DNA from: Lama glama
Taxonomy: Eukaryota
DNA length: 64,000 nt
Assembly (NCBI GenBank): GCA_028534125.1
Contig: CM052816.1
Coordinates: forward strand, 24,368,001-24,432,000
Direction: 5' to 3'
Shown one piece after another: positions 53,891-64,000 of this stretch; the stretch's first letter is position 1; the number at the start of each line of letters is the position of its first letter. Below the pieces are notes generated by a model. That model was not told where the DNA came from. It saw only the letters and a list, made by a program, of their open reading frames with translations, and made no database searches. Both the position numbers and the translations under genes were made by a program.

Positions 53891-54751
53891 AAAAAAATCG
53901 AATATTTCTGTCATGAGTATTAAAGACTTATTTAGAGATTTTATTTTCTTTTAAAGTTATTATTAAGGCACAGGGTCAAGTAGGAAAGTAGCTTTTCAAT
54001 AAGGAAGAAAAAACAAAAGAAGTCTCTTTCAGTAACTCATTTTCACCCTTTCCTTATTAGCAAATAAAGCCCTCAGTATTTCAAACAGTTGTCTCAGTTA
54101 CTGCACCCTCCTGACAAAATAAAAGCTATTTCAACTATCACTGTGAAAATCTTACATCTAGTACCATTTCCAAAAGTAGCGCCCAAAGGAACTTGACGAA
54201 AGTCAACTGTCTTATGTTAAGACTTCAACTCCAAGAATAGATGATGGTGCTCCATGAGCCTGCTTCAGGTCAGTATTAAATGATGCGATCCATACAAAAA
54301 TCCTATAACAAGGCTAGAAGATGGAGCTGAGATCTGTTTTAGCTCTGCCATTTATATGCTAATTTGTCCCAGCAAAATACTTAACCTCTCTGAGCCTCAG
54401 TTTCTTCTCTCAACAAACAGGGTTATCATAAGACTTAAGACAGTGTCTGTAAAGCATCTAGTAGAGTACCTGGTGAACACAATAAGCATGAAAGAAATGT
54501 TAGCTCTTTTTGTCCTGCATCTTGCACAAGTATTCTCATCTCTCTAGGTCTCAGTGTGTGAATCTACAAAACGAGCTGGTTAGATCAGATGATCCAAAAC
54601 CCCTCCCAGCAGTAAAAGTGCTATAATTCTATCTATGATCAATAAATGCAAATGAAATAAAGACAAAAAAATTAGATTTAAAAAGGACAAAGTAAACATA
54701 TTAGCTAGGGAAAGTGTCATCATCTAGGACTACAGCAAAGATATCAGCAGT

Positions 54752-54896
54752 GGGGGAGGGTACAGCTCAGTGGTAGAGTGCATGCTTAGCATGTGCAAGG
54801 TCCTGGGTCAATCCCTAGTACCTCCGTTAATAAATAAACGAATAAACCTAATTACTCCCTCAAAAAAATAGACCAAAAAAAAAAAAAAACAAAAAA
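54752..54896 (+). mobile_element. tRNA-derived SINE (camelid Vic-1-like)
   Basis: GGGGGAGGGTACAGCTCAGTGGTAGAG (A box), GGGTCAATCCC (B box), A-rich tail, and TSD ATCAGCAG at 54743-54750 and 54898-54905. Confidence 0.85.
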
Positions 54897-56344
54897 CATC
54901 AGCAGAAACTTAAGATTATGACCCAAATGTGGATCTTTTTACTCCTTTATGCTAGCAACATAAGCATAACAATAAAAATGATCAAGAACTAGAAAGAACC
55001 AACAGAAATTAAAAATAAAAAATAAACTCCCCCAAACAGGAAATGGACACTCATCTGCTGTTAGCAGCATCAAAAATTGGCAAAGTTGTAATTATCTAAG
55101 CAATGGTCAACATTTTACCAGTAAGTTAGTTAATATTTAACCATTAAGTTAACCAGGAGGAAAAATCTGATACTGTCAGCAAGAGAAAAGGATAATCGTG
55201 ACCTTCTATGGCCTTTAGGAAATTAGGTGTATACAGTCACTGCAAAGCCAACATCTTTGGTCACAGCAAACTAAGTGGCCCATAAAGGTTGTTGACTTAT
55301 CTTCAAAATGATGACACAGCACATTTACTGACATGTAAAGAAGTTCAGAAAGTAATGTAGCATGAAAAGTTACATATCAGTATTTACCACGAACGCATTT
55401 TTGTTAGTAACATGGATATGCACAGAAAAACTTCAGAGCTCTTATTCATGGAACTAAGGGTGACTTTTATTTTCTTCTTGGTGTTTATCTGTATTTTCTA
55501 ATTTTCCATAATGAACATACAATTTTTTGAGTAACACCAAAAAAGTTTTTTAAAATTCTCCAAATGTAACAGCCAAAACACAATCCCCTTTATCAAGGAG
55601 ATACACTCGGGATGGGAGAGGGGAAGAAGTTAAAAACTCTGATTAGGAAACTTCCTTGGATCCCAGAATGATTGGGAATTTCAGTTAGGGTCCCATCACC
55701 CAACTGACATTTAACATTCATTCTCACAGTGCATGAACTAGACCTACAGTGATGATATACAAGTCTAAAGATCTCTAACCCAGAAATACCTGTGGTGAAG
55801 TCACCTGGACAAATGAAAAGAACAAGCATAATAATATGAGGAGGAAAAAAAGAGATTCAGAGACATGTTTTTATAGTACTTTATCTTTCATTCTGTGTAT
55901 TTACTTCCTTGAATCTGGGTACACCAAAAGATTACCTAGTCTAATCTCCTATTCAAATAAACAACTCCAAAAAGATTATCTTGCTCTACCAAACATCCTT
56001 TGAAAGCATGGGAAGGAAGTGCCAAGACCGTTTAATTACTTAGGACCTGTCTCCCAGACTGTAACACCAATTCTAGGAGTCTCATCCTTCCCGTTCTTCC
56101 CTTAAAAATTAAAGTAATATTTACCATGAAGTTTTACAGCTCTCATGTTAAGGCCAGGGTGTTACTGGCAACTTTATTCTACCAGGGCAAAATCAGAACA
56201 TAAACAAAAGACCAAGTAATACATGGGATCAAGGTTTTTGTTTTTTAATTAATATTCTACGTACAAAGAAAAGGCCTAAAGCAGATTAGCATTTATTATT
56301 TTAGGTTTGAAAGCTGAAAAATACAAGTTAAAACAACCCTGCAA

Positions 56345-56438
56345 GGGGAAAGGGTATATAGCTCAGTGGTAGAGTGAATGCTTAGCACTCATGAGGCCCT
56401 AGGTTTAATCCCCAGCACCTCCATTAAAGAAAGTTAAT
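56345..56438 (+). mobile_element. Second tRNA-derived SINE (Vic-1-like)
   Basis: TAGCTCAGTGGTAGAGTGAATGCTTAGCA...GGTTTAATCCCCAGCACCTCC, homologous to the 54752 copy. Degenerate TSD (aaccctgca / aacctctgca). Confidence 0.82.
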
Positions 56439-58974
56439 TAATTAAAAACCTCTGCAGATGTTGTGTAGCCTTGCACCAAAATTTCATTGTGTGACCAAAA
56501 TATGTAGAAAGTCACACAGTAAATATTTATAGTAAGTTCAAACAGGCAGTAAATACCCACCACCCTCTTCTCCCCTAAGAAAGAGAAATAGTTTATTTTA
56601 TTTACATTTCATTTCAGTATGCTTCTTAATTTCTTCAAATTGCCAATCCTGATAAAAATTCACTCATTTGCTAGGCTAGAAAAAGGTACAGATTTCTTAA
56701 TTCTTCCTGAGGTTCAGAAAACTAATAGAGACACTTTATCCCAATTTATACAGATGAGGAAGCGAAGGCTCAAAGAATTCAAGTACCCATCCCAAGTCAC
56801 AAAAAGTAGGAAGCTGCAACCTCACATAGTGCTCTTGCTTAATACTACCCTATCTCAGGCTACTGTGACTGACAAACATCCCAAACATACTTGGCACATC
56901 AGTATCTGTACACATTTTTAATGAAAACATACAAATTCAAATTTCCCAATAGATGTTTCCTTCCTAATGTACTGACAAAGCAAAATCAGAGGAATGCCCC
57001 TTTCCCAAAGGAACATACTATGTAGGCTTGAGCCCCTCAACCTCAATCCCATCCTACTAACAGCTACAATGCCTGGGGACAGGGGCAGGAAGCCTACAAT
57101 ATTCAGGTATGTATATACCATGGAAGAAATACAATCAACATTATACCTTATTCTGTTTAGAGAAAAAAAATCTGTTATTTTCATAAAATTATATTTAAAA
57201 AGAAGCACTAAGTTTTGAAAAGATATGAAATTCCACTTTAAATAACAACAATTTTGTCCAGTATCTCAAAGATTAATTTGAAAACACTGGCTGTGAGGCC
57301 TAATACCTATAAGACACTAAACTATGTTTCTTGGGACATCCTTTTTAAATTAAAAAAAAATTTTTTTTAATGAATGGACAATAGATTGACTTGCTCAACA
57401 TCTTAAACAATCCTACAGCAGCCACTATATCAGTTATATACCAGTGAGCCCCATCTCCACTTTTCTAATTCTCAAAAGAGAAAATCACTTAAGAGTTAAT
57501 TTTGCAGCCTTTCAAGCTTGAGTATCTACTATGAATCAATCAACCAATAAAGTTTGTGTTTGAGAAATAAAGCACAACTTCTAGAAACTGATGAGTCAAG
57601 TGAACTTACTAAAAAGCAGTCAATTAAAAACATAAATCATTATATGTAATTCCAGTGCTCTAAAACCTAAATTTTCATTAATCCATTTGGTGATAAACCT
57701 GACCTGAATGGATGCGAGGCTATTTTTAACTATCTTTCTCAACTTACAGTGACTATTAATATCTTTCCCTGCAGACATATCTGTTTCACATACAGTATGA
57801 CCCCAGACCCCACTAGGGGTGTCATATACAGCATACACATCATAACACCTTCTTAAAGTTGGAACTGCTTTTACTTCCAAACATATGTGGCCATAAGGGT
57901 TTTACATAAAAGACTGTGGACCAGTACCACTGAAGGGAAAAAAAAGAAAAAAGGCATGTATCCACAAAATTACTTGCTGAACAACTGATCAACATACTTA
58001 ATTTTCTCTTATATTTAGTTTTCCTGCATCATTAGTTAATAATGAAATTCTAAAATAAGAACTTTACCTTTTTGTTGACTGATAGCATTCATCATCATTC
58101 TGGGAAAGTGTTCCCCCAAGAAGCTTCCAACGAAATATAATTAGGCTTGGACTGAATGGGAGTAGCTGAATCTTAGATCTGAGATCAGTTTCCCTGTGAG
58201 AGACCACCTGCACGGAAGCTGCTGTCAAATTCTTCCTAGCAGGGCAGGTGTCTACAAATTCTTGTCTTTGAGGTATGTTGCATGCTGAAGAACCAAAAAG
58301 GGACTAAGTAATTTTGGAATCTATAAATTCTCTCAAGACTGCATTCTTAATCTAAGTCCACCTAAATGATAGACTAATTACAAAGACTGACTCCAAATAA
58401 AAAGTTAAATAGAGAAAATTATTCTTAAACAAAAGAACTCAATAGACCCAAACAGACAATAAAACACTTCTTTTTATCTTAAAAATTATACTTCAATTAT
58501 TGCTCAAAATTAAATAACTTCCAAGATTTACTATGCACAGGCAATGACCTCCCGCTAGACCCCAATAAAAAGGCAGTAAAGTAGACAACGTAGAATAAAC
58601 CCATAGTACCCACAGGAACAGAAAAGGGATCATTAGCAGACATTCCAACAAATTGCAAATGGATGAAATGTAGATAGAAGTACCTATAACAAACATGCAC
58701 ACGGGGGCTACAGGAGAAAGTGAGACCAAGTTAAAATGGGGACTAACTCATGAGAGTTTTACACCCGGCCCTCCTGAGCACCCTTTAATGGAACTGCAGG
58801 CCTTCCCAAAAGTTGGCCAAGAGTATACCTATTCATATATAAAGAGGTTCTAACTTGTTCTTCCATTCAGAAAAGGGGGGAGGAGCCACCTAAACAACAG
58901 GAGCAGTAACATTATAGCATGATCTAGCCCTTCACTTGAAAATGTAGGCAACCAAGGAAAGTGACAAAAATCAG

Positions 58975-59900
58975 CAGGAAAAAAAAAAAACTAAGCCAAA
59001 TGAAAAGAACAAGTGACCAGGGAGGAAAAAGATAACCCAATTAACGGAAGAGAATTTTAAAAAGAAAACCCTAAATATTACCCTCAGACAGGTTAAAGAA
59101 AATAATGCATCCTTAAAATAGACATAAGCTGAATGAAAGAAATATCTGTACAAAAAGATTTATTGGAATTAAAAGTATAATTTATGCCTTTAAAATGTCA
59201 CTATTGAGCTGGAGAATAGTCAAATTTCCCAGAATGATAAAAAAATTATGAGAAAACAAGAGACCTAAGGGTTCAACATTCCAACAAGAGTGAACAAAGA
59301 AAATGGAGCACAGAAAAGTCAGGGAACAAAGTAAGTTTCCAAGAGCTAACTAAATATCAAGACTTTAAATGGAAAGGACCCACTTACAAGAACTATGATG
59401 CGTAACAGAATACCCATACCTAGACCTATCACCATGAAATCCCAGAAAACCAAATTCCAAATCCCAGAAAAGAAAATTTCAAAGCTTCCAAAAAGGAAAA
59501 ACAAAGTAATTACCAACAGAAAATAACTGTGACTGGCATGAGGTAGACATTAGCCTAATCTTCTGAGGGCTCGAAGATAACATGGCAAGATAGTTTCCAA
59601 GTTCTGAGGAAAAATTGTGAACAAGCATTCTATACCTAGCCCAACTATCGATCAAGCATCAGACAAAAAATCAAAGTTATTTTCAGACACACAAGACTTG
59701 GAAAGTTTACTGCCTGCCATCTTTTCTGAATAAGTTTCTTAAGGATGTTCTTCAACAAAATGAGGAAAGAAACCAAGGAAAGGAAAATTTGTGATCCAGG
59801 AGGAAACTAGATCTAAATTGGGTAAACTCCTAGAATGTCAGCCGCACAGCATGTCTTAAACGCAGAGAGCTTCAGAGAAGAAAGGAGATTCATGTAACAG
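58975..59900 (+). mobile_element. Degraded L1 ORF1/HAL1-like remnant (similar tract at ~49900-50500)
   Basis: Very A-rich, with ttccaagttctgaggaaaaattgtgaacaagcattctatacctagcccaactatc, typical of the L1 ORF1 3' region. Confidence 0.55.
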
Positions 59901-62229
59901 ATACGATTAGATATCTTCAAAAAGGTTGAATATATGTGGACGGCAAATTTTTCTTTAATCAAAAAAAATGAAAGATTATTTAGGGATAAAATTGTACAAG
60001 GAAAGTCAAGGTTGAAATATAACAGTAAAATGTGGCATGTTTTGAGGAATTGACAGCATATTAGAAAAGAAAATACATCTAATCATGACAAAAGAAACTG
60101 ATTAAAAAAAATATATACTCCCAACACACAACCTGTCATCTCAAAGAAAATTGTTTTTAATTGTCAAGCCCTCAGACAGGTCTTCCTTAAACACACTATC
60201 CCTTCACTCTGCTTTATTTTATAATCACATACAAAGATTTCACTGATTCTAGAACACATATTCTTCATTTTTTAATCCTGCTTAAACCAGCATGCATTTT
60301 ACAATTCATACAGAGCATTTTACAACTACAATCAGCCAGGTGGCAGTCTTGTTACTGGGTCAAAAACCTTCAGTGGACACCTTCTGGAAAGATTATAATA
60401 GCATCAGCATCAAAATGCTTCAGATTTGATAAAATATAATATTTATTTGCTTGCTGCACTTAGCCCACTGCACTTAGCAACATAAGGGCAGTAACTTATC
60501 TTTTCAAATCTCTGTATCCTCCAACTAGAGTAGTGACTAGCACATAACAGATTATTTAGTATGTGTCACACTTAAACATCTCTGAAAGCAGGATGGGTCC
60601 AACAGGATGGATCCTACATAGTTGGCCCAGCAGTTTCTTTCTTCTTAGTGGTACACATGATAATGGCGAATCACATAAGCAATAGCACCTAAGCTTTGAA
60701 GAAATTCAGTAACAAAGAATGTGGAGGAAGATGCAGACAGGAGGCAATGAAGTGATCCATTTCAAAAGGTGACTCCAGAAGTTGGTAAATCCAGAAAACA
60801 GAAATATACGTTTATTATTATTTTTGTTCTACAGAACTAAACACTCAAATAAAAACAAAAAGGGCTAAATGTGATTGCTTCCTAGAAAGAGGCAGCAGGC
60901 TTACCGTTTTTCACTACAAGCTAATCTATACTATTTTATTTTTACTAAGTACACACGTTCTTTATGAACTGGTTTTCAAGTATTTAACAAGAAGGGCAAG
61001 TAGAGATTCATTCATACAAAATCACAGAGATTGGGACATTTAACATAGATACAAACAAAAAGACATCCAGGGTAACAAAGAGTCAAAATCAGAATCAGAT
61101 ATCTCCAGAAATTTCAACTGGCAGTGGGGGGTTAAGACCATGAATTCTAGAGGCAAATTTAGCATATTTCTAAATCATGACATCAACACTAGCAGCCTAC
61201 TGATGACAATCATGCCATTTTGTTCAACAGAAAGGTAGGATCAGCAAAGGCTTGCAAATTATTCAGACCCTCTTATGTGGGTCTCCCTTGTCACAACTCT
61301 CCACAACACCCTTTCACCTGCCCTGGCCTGTCAGCACAATGACAGATATGAGGACTGAGCACGGTCTCTCCAAAAAATCGAACTCACTATATCTTGGGGG
61401 TGCAAAAGCTAGGGAACGGGACAGCTGCCAGGGGGTTGGTGGTCTGCCGATCGGAGAACGGTGGCCAGGACACCCAAAAATCCAGCCTGCGGAGGCCGGT
61501 GCATAGAAGCACCCAAGGGCCCGCGCCTATCTCGGCCTAAAGAACATCTTCCTCCACAGAAAGCTAAAGAGCTTGAAAACCCATCCTGCCCTGTGCCGGT
61601 AGTGGCGCTCAGTTCAGACTCCGCCCCTCCCTCCTTGCCCAAAGCAGGCGCAGAACGATCGCAAGATGTCACAGGGCGAAGACTGAGCGCGCCAAAGCGG
61701 GACCCACCCCCGGGAGACCGGGAGGCCGGAGGCAGGTCCCTCCCCTTCCTCTCTCCGCCCGCGCAGAGCTCATTCATTCTCGAGGCGGGCAACCCGTCCT
61801 CCCCGGCCGGCCATTCCTGCACCGCAAACCCACCAGACGCTTTGTCTCCGGCCTGGCCGGAAACCGGGGCGCGCATTCGAGCGCGCGCTCAGACGCCACA
61901 TCCCCGCACCTGGCGCCCGCCTGGCCTCCGCGAGGAAAAGCCTTCTGGATCCTGGGGTCCGAGGCCCAGAGCTAGGCGCTCCTCCTTGGCGGCCCCAAGC
62001 ACGCACGTCGCCGTGTCCTACTGGGTATCCGGGATTGGGAAATGTACATCTCGGTCCCACCACCGCTATAACTCAAGGCACCCGCTGAAAAACACTAGAT
62101 TCTTCTCCTTCTCGGAGACGAAGACCCTGCCCCTCCCGAAAGGCGTGGGCACCCCGGCACTCGTCCACCCTCGAGAGCTGCGCCTCTCGCTCCTCATGTG
62201 AGCTACCACGGCCGCCAGGCGAGGACTCA

Positions 62230-62945
<716 letters not shown>

Positions 62946-64000
62946 CAGGCGGCGCGGAGCCGCGGGCGGGGGGAGGGGGCGGAGGGGCGGGCTGGCAGCG
63001 AGCCGCGGGAGGCGGAGGTGGCGCGGATCGCTGCGCCGCGCTCCCCAACATGGCCGGCGCGCGCCGGCGACTCCACGTGACCGTCACCGGCCAATAGGGA
63101 GCCGGCAGCTCGGGGGCCGGGCCTGTAAATTCAAAATCAAGCTCTCCGGCAACCGTCGGCTCAGCGCGCCCGGCTGGGCGTGGCAGGGGAAGGACAGAGG
63201 GCAGCAGGGAGGGGCGTCGGGGACTGCTCGCGCTGCAGCCTTGGGCCCAGCGCCGGCCGGGCCTTCCCACCACCCCGCGGGGACCCCTGGAGGGGCCGGG
63301 CCGGCGGAAGGCGGGAAGGAGCCTAGAGGTTTCCGGGGCGGGTCCGCGCTGCCGCCCACACCCGGCGGTTCAGGGAAATTCAAATATAAACGTCTCTAAC
63401 AGCCACACGCAAACTCGTAGAGGCCGAGACGACCGCGGGCGTCGTAACCTTGTCCCCGCCCCGCGAAGGGGCTGGGAAAACTGCCAAGAGGCCCCGCCGC
63501 TGTGGAGTTACGTAATGGGCGCTGGTGTCCCAGGTTCAGAACCCACTGTGTGCTGCTTCCAAGTGCAGGAAGCCTTTATTTTTCTCTCAGATGGGAAACG
63601 GTGTGTCTTAACACCTCCAAGCATAAACTGACGCACGCGTGTCTCGAAGCCAGCAAAGGCCACAGAAAAAGCAGTGCTGCCGGGCGGCCTCTGACCCGTT
63701 TACTTAACAATTTAGGGTCTTATAAAAATCAAAACCACCTCACAAGTCATATGATTAACATGCAACTAAGTAAATAGCACAGACTGTTCATTGTCATGCT
63801 TCACTGAAATCCGATGCATCAAAATCTAAACATGTGAAAACTTAACAGAAATGACTTTTTGCTTTAAAAGGAGATCCCTTAAAATGTAACTGACAACAAT
63901 TTTAATAGGATGTCCATTAGTCCCTTGGAAAAGTTTTTAACTTTTAGGCTAATAGTTGTTGAAATTTACTACGTGCACTGCACTAGGCTTTCATGGATTA

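Noticed and set aside
54752..56438. Possible tRNA genes (GCTCAGTGGTAGAG A-box)
   Set aside because: A-rich tails, TSDs and degenerate stems/B-box identify them as SINEs.

Overview
Mammalian genomic DNA containing the complete lamin B1 gene (LMNB1) on the minus strand. I traced 11 coding exons with canonical GT-AG junctions, from ATG at 62589 to TAA at 18798. They sum to 1761 nt (586 aa), starting [10 protein letters not shown] and ending in the CAAX motif CAIM. The gene has a CpG-island promoter (~61.4-63.7 kb), a ~20.7 kb intron 1 and a ~770 nt 3' UTR. The rest is intronic or intergenic DNA rich in L1, L2, MIR, LTR and DNA-transposon remnants. Two tRNA-derived SINEs resemble the camelid Vic-1 family, suggesting a camel/alpaca/llama genome (inference). 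I found no second protein-coding gene and no convincing new multi-gene system. The most notable unexplained items are a perfect 29-bp inverted repeat downstream of the gene, a 20-codon uORF in the 5' UTR, a motif-dense and possibly bidirectional promoter (CHR/E2F/E-box/D-box/TATA), a 3' UTR with several poly(A) signals, miRNA seeds and a G-quadruplex tract, an orphan CpG cluster, and two neighbouring L1 3' fragments sharing the same 5' end. Repeat family names are from pattern recognition, not database searches.
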